Positions 25,522 to 39,789 of a stretch of DNA of 64,000 nt are shown piece after piece; within the stretch, counting starts at the first letter, position 1; the number at the start of each line of letters is the position of its first letter. This stretch comes from Octopus vulgaris (lineage: Eukaryota): NCBI GenBank assembly GCA_951406725.2, contig OX597820.1:87730001-87794000 (forward strand), given 5' to 3'. A model generated the notes under the pieces. That model was not told where the DNA came from. It worked only from the letters and a program-made list of their open reading frames with translations, and ran no database searches. The position numbers and the translations under genes are program-made.

Positions 25522-28079
25522 CTCTAATCCAGTAACACGAGAGAAATTCATTTAGGTTTGCTAATAGCTTGCTATTGCAAATTATTTTAAAACTGTTCTG
25601 ACTTGTTGCTTATGTCCAATCTTAAAACATTTTGGAAACATCGTTTTCAATTAAAAAAAAAATGTTCTGTTTTATTTTTATTTTATTTTTTTTATTCCAT
25701 TGTTAATTTTTTGTTTTTAGAGTCTAGTTATAAAATAAAGTCATAATTTTTTTTGATCTTGTATTCCCCAACGTTTTTAAGTGTGGAAGCTACCATTGTG
25801 AATATTTCATTGTGAACGTGTGTATCTGAGATACTTAAAAATACCTGAATATCTTTAAAATTCCATTCTTTCTGGACCAAAAAGTTGTTTTTTTTCATTC
25901 TGTACAAAACAAAATAAGAGGAAATAATTGAATGAATAATAATTTGGGTTTTTTTTTTTTTATTTTTAAAAGAAGGCCAATTTTAATGAAACAGATGTAT
26001 TAACTTTCGATTAGTTAAAATATGTTTATGGCAGATTTCAAATTATAAATCAAATTCACTGTAGTTACTGTGGAGAAACAATTCTCTCTTTTGGTAGATG
26101 TAGTAAAAACACTATATCTGCCCAATGTTTCCCCCTTATCACATTCCCAAACAGCTGTTTCTTGCTCTTTAGCTTTCACCAATGGGAAATACCAAAGAGA
26201 GACAGCCCTGGGCAGATTCAAAGTCATAGTAGCTTTAACTCAACATGTGACTGAGTTGGACCATTTAACCACCTAATCAGGATAAATATAACATCATGTT
26301 TGTGATATATTTTAACTTCTAAAGTAAAATTCACTGCAGTTACTGTGGAGAAAAAATTCTCTCTTATGGTAAAAGATGTAAAAACTCCATATCTACCAAG
26401 TACTAAAACTCTAGTGGATTCTCAGTCATTTCTGTTTTTTTATATATATTTTAATTGTCAAGTTAAGAATATGTTAAAGTTGATGCAAACTTACTCAAAG
26501 TAGTAGCTGAGTTTTAATTAAATATTTACCCTTAGTGGGGTGGGGGTAATGTAGCTGGAAGTGAATATAGTACTTAATTTCTGAAACTTTACACTTGATT
26601 ATTTTTGTCTCTTAACTTGGTATTCTTGATTATTAAATTAGGGCAAATAGTTGATTTACTTTTAAATTTCTTTCCTTCAATAAAGGGTTTTATCAGGTAA
26701 TTCCAAATTAAAAACTGGGATCTGTCATAAAATAGTTAAACTGACAGCATTTGTCATAACTTTGGGTCATAAACATTATTATAAAGATTTCAGTAGCTTA
26801 TTTTGTATTGAATATTTCCTAAATAATTTTTTAAAATCATTATTGTATAGTTTATTTTCAAAATTTATTATGTAAGTGCCACTAATGTATATCTGGTCTT
26901 CAGTTTTTGAACTTTCTTCTTTTTATACATTTAGGTATTGATGACGTCTTAGTAGAAAGTTAGGTTAATGATGTCTTTTATAACTGTTCACATCATATTT
27001 GTGAAGTATATTATTGTGTAATCTTAAAACTGTAATCAGTTTAAAGCTTAACTTGAAAGTTCTGTGGTAAATATTACATATATGACAGTGTGGTTTTAGG
27101 TTCAATCTCATTATGCAGTATTTTAGGCATAGGTCTTCTACTACAGCTACAACTTGACTAAGTTCTGCCCTTGTTGTAAACATTCTTTGGTCGCTTTCAC
27201 CATTGAATATAAATGAAATTGTGATTGGTCCATTGGAGACCTTTTAACCAATGATGCTATTGTTCACAAATTGCAATATTAATTCAATATGCCAGTGCTA
27301 ATTTTGTCTTCATTTCATATGAAATTTGCTGAAATTATGGAATTTTAAGTAATTCCTCTGTGAATCTGACAACAATGTAAAAGAAATGTTACTTGTTTCA
27401 GTTATTGGATTACAGTTCTGCTGGAACACTACCTTGAAGGGTTTTAGTTGAATAAATCAGCCCTAGCACTTTTTTATTTTTATTTTTTTCTTAAGTTTAG
27501 TACTTATTCTAGCAGTCTCTGTCGCCTAACTGCCAAGTTACAGGGACATAAACAAACCAACACTGGTTGTCAGGTAGTGGTAGAGGGGACACACACACAC
27601 ACACACGCTTGTTTGTGTATGATGGGTTTCCACATGGTTTCCATCTAAATCCACTCGCCATGTGGTTGAAAAGCAGACTTCTTACAACTCAACCACACTT
27701 TGTGTATTAAATTAAATGAAATATTCAGTTAAATATTCAAAACACATATTTACACATCATCTCACACTGGACAGAACATGTCAAATGGCTCCAGATATAA
27801 AATGTTTCATTGAAGGTGGTTAATTCATACCTTATTTGGTAAATATTATTCATTTCATAATTTGTTTCCCTAAACTAAAATAGCTGGTTACTTAAAGTAA
27901 ACTGTTTGTTTACATGTAATTATCGTTAGTAGTCATAACTGGGTATTTTTGTTTTGTTTTTTTTTTGTTTTTTAGTAGTTTGGTCTAGTGGAAAGGGTTG
28001 TGTCCATTGTCTTCACAGACCTCTGAGACCGGTGATATCAGCATGTTGTTAGTTAAGTTACAGAAAAAAAAACAAAAAA

Positions 28080-28345
28080 AAACGTAGAGGCAGGGAAGGA
28101 ATTCCAAAGAATTTTAGTTCTTCAGGCAGTGAAGAACTGAAAAAGTGGTCTGTACAGGATATCCTATGGGTACAAGTCAATCTAAGGGACCTGACTGGAG
28201 ATGGCACTGGATCAGCCAACTCCAAGGAGCAGAGACCACTCTTGTAACTTCAGAAAAAAGCAGGCGATGACATTCTGTTGGTTGTAAACTGTTAATGTTA
28301 ACTTCAATATCAGAGGTTTAGATTTGACAAATTTGTCTGAAATGG
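28080..28345 (-). mobile_element. LINE 3'-end remnant in the putative KIF21 3' UTR
   Basis: Minus strand reads RTDHFF...RTKILWNSFPAS, matching the 'RTxxLWNSLP' LINE ORF2 C-terminal motif. Confidence 0.5.
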
Positions 28346-29276
28346 GACCAAATAGTTTTGTTTATTTTCATCTTTGAAGGGTTTTCCCCCCTACAAATAT
28401 ATTTCCAGTGGATTTATTTATTTCCTTTATCAAAACGATTACTGGGAAATTTGGGGGTATTTATGTATCTTTTTTTTAAAATTTTTTTTTGCTTTTTTTT
28501 TTTTTTGTTTTTTAAATCTAAATGCAATGACATTTTCTACAAAGATTTTGCAAATAAATCTTAAATTTCTTTCGAAATCTTATAATGAATAAAATGTATT
28601 GGTAATGTTGTTCAGGCTGTAATTTAAAATAAGAGATTTCTGTGTGTGTGTATGTATGTATGTATGTATGTGTATATATATATGTATATATATATATAAA
28701 CTACTGTTTCTTCTTTGATTTTTTAAAAAATTCTCTGAAAAATCATGAATGTCATTTGATTTATAAATATCAGATAAGTTAATCTCCTTGTCTCTATGTA
28801 GTTTGTAATCTCACAAATATTACTAACCTTCTAATTGGGTTATTTAACAAGCTAACTAGTAAATATCATCAAAACAACAGAAGAAAGAAAAAGTATTTTC
28901 ATACATGAAGCATTGTAATATTTTCTTTAATTTTTTTTTTTTGTGTGTATTGTATTTTCTATTTTTGTTTTTTATGATTGCTATGATTTTCATTATTTTC
29001 CAAAAAAAATTATCTGCTGATTTCAGGATGGTTTTAAATTTGTGTGCTTCCAATGGGTTATATCCTTGCCATATATCTATGATCAGAAGATCAGTTTACT
29101 GTGATCACTATCTCTATTTATCTCACTCTTCATCTTTCTGTCTTTAACGTACCTCTTCTTTCTTATCTCGTATGAATGAAAATGGTTTGAAAGGAGAGAA
29201 ATAGTTATGGTATTTCCTTGTCATTGATAATCACAGTGAACTATTTCTGATTATCAATTTACATATTAAATGTTAT

Positions 29277-29702
29277 CTAAGGTGGCAAGCTGGCAGAATC
29301 ATTAACATACCAAACAAAATGCTTAGTGGCATTTCTTTTGGTTTTTATTCTGCGTTTAAGTTACATTGGGGTTGACTTTGCCTTTCATCTTTTTTATGGG
29401 GAGGAGGTTAATAAAATAAGTACCAGTTCAGCACTTGGGTTGATGTAATCGACTATACTCCTCCTCTAAAATTGCTGGCCTTGTGTCAAAATTTGAAACC
29501 ATTACAGAATCATTAAAGCATCAAGCAAAATGCTTTGTAATATTTGTTCTGGCTCTTTATGTTCTGAGTTCAAATCCTGCTGAGGTCAACTTTGCCTTTC
29601 ATTCCTCTGGGGTCAGTAAAATGCCAGTCAATTACAGAAGTTGATCGTATTGATAAACACCCCTCCACTCAAAATTGCTGGCCTTGTGCCTAAATTAAAA
29701 CC
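29277..29702 (+). mobile_element. Two tandem copies of a second SINE family (gaggtcaactttgcctttcat core)
   Basis: Repeated gcagaatcatt...aaaatgctt...gagttcaaat...actttgcctttcat...aaaattgctggccttgtg. Related decayed copies at about 11610, 40680 and 45290. Confidence 0.7.
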
Positions 29703-30631
29703 ATTATTTTTATTATTTTCTACCTTTATTTTTATTATCTTCTACTATAGAAAAAAAATACTCTGGTAACCAATAATTTTTGTTTTGCTCAACAAAACGG
29801 GTTCTAAGATGAAATATGCTGACTAGTTCTAAAACTTTTCTCCTTTTTATGTCATACTTTTCACATTATTGTGTGTTGTTTTGTAACTTTCTCTCAGATC
29901 TGTTTATTTTTATCATTATTTCAATGTAAAATTAAAAATTTTATCCAATTAAGTAATTTATGTCAAAGCTTCTCTTTGGCTCCTTTCTGAGAATTATTTT
30001 GATTTTTAGATTTATTTATAGCCTTCTACACATACAATATTAGATTTTATTTAATAATTATAGAATTATTTGTAAATTGTTGCTGTTTTTTATTGGTTTA
30101 TTCATTCATTTCTTTAATATTCAATTTCAGCCAAATATTTAATTATATTCCTTAACTCTTTAGAAATGGAATGCATTTGAAAAAGCACAAAAAGCTAGGT
30201 TTCACTTTTATCCCATGTATTCTTAATTATTTCTTGCAAAGATTTAGATCCTTAAATTTAACCAATAACTAAACAACTATGGAAATATATGTAGGATTGT
30301 TTGACCCTATTAAAATAATTTATTTCTTGAATCATTACGAGGGAAATGTTTTGAAATTATCTCCCGTCTTTTGTCAGTTGTAATTATTAGACAGTATTTC
30401 TTTGACTTGGATTTCATAATACTTGAAATTAAAAAAAAAAAAAGTGCCTTGTTGTTCTTCCATACAATTATAATCTAGAATATGAAGGCAACGTGTATAT
30501 GATGTCTCCATACCTCTTTTGTATTATTATTCCGTCCAAGGCATACATGACATAATAATGTATGTATTTGTGTGTATGTATATATTTGTATTTATGTGTG
30601 TATATATGTATATATTTGTGTCATGTGTATG

Positions 30632-30663
<32 letters not shown>

Positions 30664-32189
30664 AAATTTTCGAAACAAAATTTGTAAATTGATTTTATGC
30701 AATGGCCATTTAAGTCATTTCCAAGTTTACTTACATCTTCCTCAGAGTTTTACTTTATCAATTATTTGATTCTCTTGACTTCAGTAATTAATATGGGATT
30801 AGTGTCTTCAGCTATTTTCCCTCAGAGATTCTCTTACTTATTTGATATGATGTTCGTTGAATTTTAATTATGATATTAAGTCATCTCTTGTTTAAATATT
30901 AGAAATAGTATTTTATCAGTAAATCAAATTTAATCATTTTCAATATTTTATTTTTCTTCTTGCATGATGGCTGACTTACAATCCATTGTAAACATTTTCT
31001 ATAGTTAGTTCATGTATGTAAAAAGTCTCACACATTTACTATTGTTATTATTATTCTAAAGGAACTTATATCTTAGTCCATACTAGAATTTGGATAAAAT
31101 TGAGAAAAACTTAGTTTACTTTCCTCTATATCTGAGTTATATTCTCTAGAGCTCAGAATTATTAACCTCGAACCTGTAATATACATTCCACTTGGGTCAT
31201 TTTTTTTTTTTTTTTTTTACCTAAAACCTCCTGAATTAAAAGGGATCTCATTTGTTGTACAGTTGCAGCTGAACAGACATTAAAGATATGTAAACTGAAG
31301 TGTTATTTCTTCTTTCTTACAGAAGCTTTTCATTTTATTTTGTCTGTTAACAATATTTGTTATGTAAATAAATACATTTTGAACTATTCTGTCTTGTTTT
31401 GATTTTTAACCATTTTACTTAGTTATTTTTTTTTTAGACTCAATCCTTTTTTTTAAAACTAATCTGGATGCTATATTATTATTAAACTGACTGTCCTTAT
31501 CATTCAACAAACCCAAGTACTAAAACTTGAACCTGTACTCAAACACATCAAAGCATGCAGTTATGTCCTCTATATAATACTATAACTCAGTGATTGTTGT
31601 ATATGAACAAATGTTCATTTGGTAAATAGTCTACTATCCTAATCAATTAGACATTGTGTGTCTTATTAATCACTATATTTCACATCATTATTATTTCATA
31701 TGCTCACACATCCAAGATGGTTATATCTCCCTAATATAATGAAGTGTTGCTAGTCTTAGTATATCATCCCATCTGTAAGACCAAACTTTTTGAAATAAAT
31801 AGTATTTGTTTTGAAAATGATAGCATGTATTGAACAAGACTGCTGTTGTGTCAGCTCTATGGCATAATGGAAGTTGAGTTAGTGACACAGTACAACCCAT
31901 AGGTATAGTATCCTAGTTACGCTAGTATTTACTTGGTTGGGAACAATACTATTCACTCTGATATGCCATGATTAGTTGTGTAAGGTGAAGTGTGACAATC
32001 TGAGAATTTTGTACTTTACACCTAGATCCTGGTGATGGTTTCACATTGGTATTACTAAAAGAAAAAAAAAAAGCATCAGAGGGGTGATACATACCTTGCG
32101 TGCAGATAATTTTTTTTTTTTCTCAAATTATTGTGTGGCTTACAATGTGTTGCTTGCCCATGCTTTTAAATCGAACTGAATTTTTTTTT

Positions 32190-32591
32190 TAAGTATCACC
32201 ATTATAGGTATTTATATTTTGGTGAAATTAAGAAATCAAATCGTAAATAAATGAAACCACCACTGTACATGTGCGCACACACAGTCGCATATCTATTTAT
32301 GCATTCTACATTGTATTGTCTCCACTGTGTTTGACCTTGCGTAGCTAATAAAAAAAAAATGTATGTATGTACTCACATGTCTACATGCATAGGTACACCA
32401 TGATCTATACACATACAGGCGAGGGTCGATTCATATGAAAAAGAGTGATCAAAATAATGACCTTGCTTATTGGGAAATTTAAGTTTGATTTTTAAAAATT
32501 TTGTTTTCTTAAGTATCACCATTATAGGTATATATAACCCAGTGAAATTAAGAAATCAAGTTGTAAATAAACGAAACCTTTGAATCCATCA

Positions 32592-32635
<44 letters not shown>

Positions 32636-32790
32636 CTATGTATGTACTCACATGTGTCTATGCACATAAGTGCACTATGGCTTATGCACATGGTGGTCGA
32701 TTCATATGAAGAAAGTGAACAAAACACTATGATCACTTTCTTATTAGGATATTTGTTAGCTTGATTTTTTCTTCTCCATTAAGTATCACC
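32190..32790. repeat. Diverged tandem repeat, about 270-320 bp unit, just over 2 copies
   Basis: aagtatcacc at 32191, 32511 and 32781. ggtcgattcatatgaa and tatgtactcacatgt each occur twice. Confidence 0.8.
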
Positions 32791-35700
32791 AAATGTTCCT
32801 TTCAAGCCATTCACCCACTGAGTATTTCTGCCAAATGTGGTGAACATCTGTTTTCCAGTAATTTTGGAAGCAAACAGACCAAAGACAAGCAATTACAATA
32901 CCCTGCTTTGCCGTTCAAGAATTTGGACCCGGAGATCTCCATTTCCAGCAACTTTAAGGGCCACCTCCCAGTGGTATCGGGTGCCAACGAAGAGCCCTCG
33001 ACTACAAGACGACGACCAAAGTTTAGAAGTTTGATAAGGATAGTGGAGTAGTTCTGTGTATGTTTATTGAGATTAATGGGAGAAGGTGAACAATGAATTA
33101 ACTTATTGGATGGAAAGTGATCAAATAAGTTTTCCTTTAGTATCTCTACATGGTGGTGAGAAAATTAGTATAGAGAAAGAGTTTTAGAGAAGTTCTGTTT
33201 TGCATTTTGTAAGGGAAAAATGGAGTAGCATACAGTGTCTATTTGTAGGTGGCTGAAGAGTGATGGATTGGAGGATTCTGTAAAATTGGTAAAGACACTT
33301 TTAATAAAACACTAGAGGATCTAATAGCAAAGCAAAAAGTGTGAGAGTGCTTTTTTTTTTTACATACACAAAGGAATCCTTTCATTTGTTTGATATTCAT
33401 TTTAAAAGCCTTACAAGTGGTGAATAAATAAATATCTACTTAAAGGTGGGTGACTTTTTTTCAAGTATTGTAAATTGGCTATATGAGATAATCCTGTGAT
33501 TGAATCACTTGGCAATTTTGGTGTTGTAGGGAATTGGTTGAGTGAGAGATATGGAGAGAGACCTACGAAGGATATTGTTGATCCCACTCATTCAGCAATC
33601 TTGGATAAGTTGGAAGTGAAACCTATTTGCTTTGTTTGTTTCATAGAAATGACTAATTGGTTTACTTGAAGCTGAGGTTGTATAATTTGAAGATGAGGTG
33701 AAACAGAATATTATTTTCTTTTCTTTATCTCTTTCTTACCAAAGAGATTCATAGGACTTTGAGTGAATGTTTGAGCCATAAATAACAGTATGCCAACTTT
33801 TGCCCACATCTATATTGTTCAAGTGTTGCAGTATAAAGAGTATTCACATAACTCTGAAAATTAAACAAAGTTTTCAACATAATTTCAGTATGTTCTTTCT
33901 TGACAGGTTAATTAATTTATTACCTACTAACAACAGTTAGTAAAAATCTGTACATAGCAGAATAAGTTACATCTTTGTGATTAAACTATGTGTGCATGTG
34001 TAAGATACAAAAATTAATCACTTCAAAGCATGTATGTATACAGATGTCCACACTCTGTAGGGTCTTCTAGTAAATGACTGGATCTAATTTCTTGAACAAA
34101 AATGGTTCTTTATATTGGGAAAATGGGCTCCAGAAGGTTTTTCATAAAAAATGAAATGGGCTAATAGTGAATGACCTGATTGGTTGAAAATAGCTACAAG
34201 AATTGTTACATGAGTTTACCATTTCTTTGCTGTATTCAAATAAGAGTTATCAAATGATATATATTTTGAACTGCTCCTAAACTGATATTGTGAAAACCAC
34301 AAATGAATGAAATCAAACTGACTGCTTGTATGCAAGCAACAGTCTATATCTTTAGATACATGTGCACACATGTATCTGTGTGTGAAAGGGACAAAGTTAG
34401 TGAGAAGCACAATTCAAGAGTTACCTAATATATTATCATCATCATCATTTAATGTCCACCTTCCATGCTGGTGTGGAGCCAGCCAAGACAGAAGCCTGCA
34501 CCAGACTTCTATGACTGGCAGGATTTTTACAGTTGGTTACCCTTCCTAACACCAATCACTCAGCAGAGTGAACTTAGTGCTTTCTACATGGCACAAGCAT
34601 AGGTGAGATCAGTTTTGGCAAGGTTTTTACAGTTGGATGTCCTTCCAAACACCAACCACTTTGCAGTGTGGACTGGATGCTTTTTAAGTGACACCTGGAC
34701 TGACAAATCTTTTGAGAGGGAAGGGACTGTTGGAGGAGGTGATCTTGTGTTAGATGATGAAAGATTATAGTGAAACAGAAAGACAAAAACAGGTATATTG
34801 TTGTAGAGGAGGTACAAGGTTACTCAGCTGGAGAGATCAGGAATGAGGACAAAAATAGGTGTACTGTTGCAAAGGAAGTACATGGTTACCAAAGGGAGAT
34901 ACATGGTTACCCAATCTGAGGGAAATGCAAGAGGAGAGAGAAAGAGTGGGAGACAGCAGGATAGAGATGGTGGCAAAGTGCCAGGCATACTTACAAGGGA
35001 CAGGGATCAGAATATAAATGGGATGGTTGAGTAAAGGCAGAGAGAGATAGATGGTGGTAAGTGCCCTTGAGGTTCGAAGGTCATAATGTAAGTGGCAGGA
35101 TATTGCCACAGAAGCATGATTAGAGAGTTGGTGAGAAATGAGTGGTAAAAACTTAGGTGTATAGAGGTGGGGGGGACTTCTGGATAGCAATGATACAGAG
35201 AAATGGGTCTGTGAGGACAGGATTGAAGAGAGGTAAGCATAGTGCATGAAGGAGAAAATGTAAGTAAGTGATGTAGATTGGTTTGTTGGGATAGGGTATG
35301 TGAAAAGTTTTCTTGTTACATGAAGACGGAACACAGATCAGGGGCTAGCAGATAGCAATGATACAGGGCCAAAAGGGCAGAATTGGGAGTGGGATATATC
35401 TATGTATTTAAAAAGAGTCTGCTGCTCAGTTTCCATTTACCAAATCCCACTCAAGATTTTGGTCAACCCAAATCTTGCTCAAGGTAATATAGGATTGAAC
35501 TAGAACCATATAATTGCAAAGAAACTTTAACCACTCAACCATAATAGTCCCAAACTTTTATGGAAGTATATTGAAAATGTCTGCTAATACTAAACAAAAA
35601 TATTCATTTAAAAAAAAACAAAAGTTAAAATAACAAATGACAAAAAAATTCTTTAGGCAAAAATAAATTAAAAACTTTATTGTATGTCTAATAAATAACT

Positions 35701-36041
35701 CTATGTTAAAATTAATGAATTAAAAGAAATTACAATATATAAATATAAATTCTGACACATTTATACATTTAAAATATATTTGAAAAAGCAGTAATAACCT
35801 TTAAAAGCTAAAAATCATACTTTCTTTTAAAATTTTCGAAAGAAATAGTTTCATATCTTCTATTTGTAATAATTTATTGATATATTTTCACTCATTTTTA
35901 ACATTTATTGATCTAAAATTCTAAACAATTTTATTCATGCTTTTAAGTTTTATGAAGTTTTATGACCAAATTTCTAAATTATAAAATATACAAAATTTTC
36001 CACCACTTCCAGCAACTGAAATCTATTTTTTATTGTTTATT

Positions 36042-36156
36042 TTAATGGCTGCTAAAATTGACTTTCCTTTTTAGATATGTGAAATATGGTTCCAAGAATT
36101 TGTAAATCAAACGTTTTCCTCCAACACGTTTAAGGATTCTCTTCGGATAATAATGT
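36042..36156 (-). CDS. ETS domain terminal exon (RHYYPKRILKRVGGKRLIYKFLEPYFTYLKRKVNFSSH*)
   Basis: Manual translation after the ttcttttgcag acceptor completes the ETS wing 'YY...ILKRVxGxRLxYKF'. TAA at 36044-36042. Confidence 0.92.
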
Positions 36157-36769
36157 CTGCAAAAGAAATTAGAAAAAAATTGATTCAATGATGGTCAATT
36201 TGTAATACATTGTTTTTACATTCAAGACATTTTTAAAATTATAATTATGAATATGAAAATATATCATTACAGAGCTTCACTTACTTGTTGAAGACTTTTA
36301 TTTAGTGTCCATTTTTGCAGTTAATATTTTAAAATCCAGCTCATAGAATGTTGAAGCTGTTCAAGGAATAAAAAGCTCTGAAACCCAATACCTCAAGAGC
36401 CACACACAGTTTTTTGAGAGCTACATACAACTCACAAGCTGTAGTTTGACTATCATTGTTATAATGCATCACTCTCTTATAGTCAATCCAGTTATTTACT
36501 TTTCTTTTTTAAACCTTTTTATGACACATGGTGTTTTGGTATGTGTGGCAAAAAGACCAAAATTTTTTTCCTGCTGAGATTGAAAGTGATGGGACTTGTA
36601 AAAGACAAAGGATGAAGTGTCTTAGATGTCTTGCAAACAACTTGCACATGCAAGTGCTACCAGTCAAGAACTCCACATACCGGAAGCTAGCAAGTGTATG
36701 GGGTCATCAGGAGAGAATGCACACCGTTTTGGGGCCTCCCTTTCAATGGCATCAATGTGCACCTCCCCC

Positions 36770-37480
36770 CAGTCACTGATATGAGGCTCTGCTTGCTAGA
36801 TCAACTGGTTATTAAATAAAGCTCACTATTTCTCTAGCCATTGCTCATCGTCTCTTTTTAACCAAATCCAGTGGGTAGCTTTCTCCACTGCAGTTTGGAT
36901 ATCGGTCATGGTGGTAATAACTTTAGGCCTAATAATAACAACAGTCATCTCACACTATGTCCAACAAACCCTTTACATCCGATTTCGATTGGAAAATGCT
37001 CTGCTTTCCAGCCTGCATCTTCACATTCCTCAAGGAGGTTTACATAACGGTCAATCTTTCGAGCCTGAGTGGCGTCCATGTCATCTTCATGAGGAACCAT
37101 TAACTCAACTAGATTTACAACTTTCCTTCTTTCACACCACATCAAAATGTCCAGTTTTTATGTAACTGGGATGGGAAAGAATCCCTGGCACCCAGGTGAA
37201 TCTGCTGTCACTTCCCAATAGCCGTTCCACTTTTCATCTCTCACAGGAAGTTTCTTGTTCTTGAAACGGATCCACTGACCTGAGCACATAAAGGTAACGA
37301 AATCTCTAGTTGGCACTTTCAACGTTTTTTTCTCAGTGTTGTTGAGATGAATCTTTATAGCATTGAAGATAACCTTAAGGACCAAGTTGTGTCTCCATCT
37401 ATACCTGTTCAATGCTAATGAACAGTTGGAAAGAATATGTTTCAGTGTTCCAACCTTTTCGCATTTGCATATGACTTAGT
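36770..37480 (-). mobile_element. RLE-type (R2-group, Hero-like) non-LTR retrotransposon 3' fragment in the last ETS intron
   Basis: CCHC knuckle (C..C....TLKHILSNC), 'RYRWRHNLVL', (P/L)DILMW...VELMVPHE...K..RY and 'PIEIGCKGFV' restriction-like endonuclease motifs in ORFs 37158..37412 and 36945..37145. Confidence 0.85.
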
Positions 37481-38355
37481 ATGTAAAACTATATATATAT
37501 ATATTATGAAAGCTTACAAACAGTATAATACATTTATCACAATAAGAAAACCTAAGACAACAATAAATATGTAAATAAAATAAAATAACAAGCATAAATG
37601 TTTCTGTGAAAAGACAAAAATATGTACTGTAAGACGATCCCTGACAGGCTTTTTACACTTTGAATCCAACCATTCACAACATTTGTTTCATCAGGCCAAT
37701 GAATCAGGCTCAAAGTCCTTTCAACTTGTCTCCTTTGGGTTGATCAATCGACCCAGGTATCCCAAGAGGGTCAAACAGGTATGATCTGCAAGACATCTAA
37801 GGCTAGAAACATTATCACTCTGCTTTCATCTTGTATTCTTTTTATTGTTGTCCAGCAGTAAATTGTGACCATGTCGTGACACTGCTTTCAAAGGTTTCCT
37901 TCAATCAAATACTTATTAAAGTCTGGTACTTATTTTATTGATTTCTTTTTATCAAATCGCTAAGTTACTTTTCAAGACTACAGTTTAAAAAATGTTTGTT
38001 TTAAATTTAAAAGCTCAGTAAACCTAGTTAGACATGGACAGTCACATACACACAAGCACACACAAATATATATATGATTTAATAATCATCTTTCCAAAGT
38101 TCCTCTTTGGGTATCTGCTACCAGATATTATACTGTACGACTTCTTTTTCTGGATATATGTGTGGAAATCTACAAGTATCCATAGTGTATATACAAAAGA
38201 ATTTTAATACAATGGAATGAAAAGGATGCAATTGTTTCAGTGCCTTATTATCAGGTGGTAATTGCTGAATGTTGCATATAGTGTTAAATAAATGTATGTA
38301 TGTATTTATAAGGGTGCATGGAAGTAAATCTTCTTGGTTTAATAGAGTCTCTTAA

Positions 38356-38569
38356 CCCTTTCGTTACCAACCTGGCTGAAACTGGCTCTGAGTACAAATG
38401 TCTTGTTTTCATAAGTTTTGAATTAAAATCTTCCACCAAACCTTAGTCACAATTTATGTTCCTAATACTAGCTTAATGATAACCAAGTTGTTTTAATAAA
38501 TTCTTTGTTATATTTAAAGTAATTGAAAGAAACACAGAGCATCTCAAAATAATTACAGTAGTAAAAGGG
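38356..38569. mobile_element. piggyBac-like MITE
   Basis: TTAA-ccctttcgttac ... gtagtaaaaggg-TTAA. Confidence 0.8.
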
Positions 38570-39188
38570 TTAATGACTTGTAAAGCAATTGTGACAAAGC
38601 CAGTGACAGTAATGATAAGCAGCCAAAATTAAGTCTGCTAGCTGACAAGTTTTGGTCTCCTGCCATGCTAAGAAAGTGACCATATGCCTCTGATTTCCTT
38701 TGAAGTGGAACAGTAAAGGACACAAGAGACAAGTAATTATTCAAGTTTATCATTTTACGACATAATTATTTTAGAATGTTTATTTTCCTAAAAATCAAGA
38801 TAAGTCTGTGAATATGGGTTATTTTTAATTTTTTATTTCCATTAATTTATATTTGGTATTTTTTTCTCATTTGTATTTCCTTGTATTTCTGTGTTATTCT
38901 CTGCTGATAGAATGCTCAAAATAACAGTGGTGTGAGTATAAAACAAAGAGAGACTAAAGATGACCTAGCAGTGCTTTGGGCCCTACTCACCTGAAGATGC
39001 ATATGTATACAATTATAGTTTAAATCATATTAATACAATGTGTGTATGTAATGTTCAGCTATTACCAGCTCATAATGATGCACTGAAACAAATTTAGTGG
39101 TTTGTAATAAAGCTTATTCATTCCATCTTCTCACATCAAAATTCTTATATGTCTGTATATGAATTAAAAGAGTCTATACAGTTTCTAT

Positions 39189-39582
39189 ATAGGCGTAGGA
39201 GTGGCTTTGTGGTAAGTAGCTTGCTTACGAACGACATGGTTCCGGGTACAGTCCCACTGCATTGCACCTTGAGCAAGTGTTTTCTACTATAGCCTCGGGC
39301 TGGCCAAAGCCTTGTGAGTGGATTTGGTAGACGGAAACTGAAAGAAGTGCGTCGTATATATGTGTGTGTGTGTATATGTTTGTGTGTCTGTGTTTGTTCC
39401 CCCAACATCGCTTGACAACCGATGCTGGTGTGTTTACGTTCCCGTAACTTAGCAGTTCGGCAAAAAAGACCGATAGAGTAAGTACTAGACTTACAAAGAA
39501 TAAGTCCTCGGGTCGATTTCCTTGACTAAAGGTGGTGTTCCAGCATGGCCGCAGTCAAATGACTGAAACAAGTAAAAGTAAA
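39189..39582 (+). mobile_element. tRNA-derived SINE (major family)
   Basis: ataggcgtaggagtggctttgtggtaagtagcttgc ... gactgaaacaagtaaaag. Confidence 0.85.
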
Positions 39583-39789
39583 GTTTCTGTCTCCAAAATT
39601 TCACTCTCAAGGTGTGGTCAACTCAAAGTCATAGCAAAAGACACTTTTCTAAAGCACTTTGCCGAGAGATTGACTATAGAACCATGTAGTTGTGAACTCA
39701 AGCACAATTATGTCTATAGCTGGGGAGGAATTGAAATTTTCAAACTAGTTTTGCCATAAAGTTGGAATATCCAAGACCAATTAATTATA

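Noticed and set aside
26015-26276. ORFs on both strands after the KIF21 stop
   Set aside because: Short, no recognisable domain or splice context; probably UTR.
34837-35334. 165-aa minus-strand ORF
   Set aside because: Low-complexity purine/pyrimidine-skewed repeat body adjoining a SINE-like tail; no domain motif recognised.
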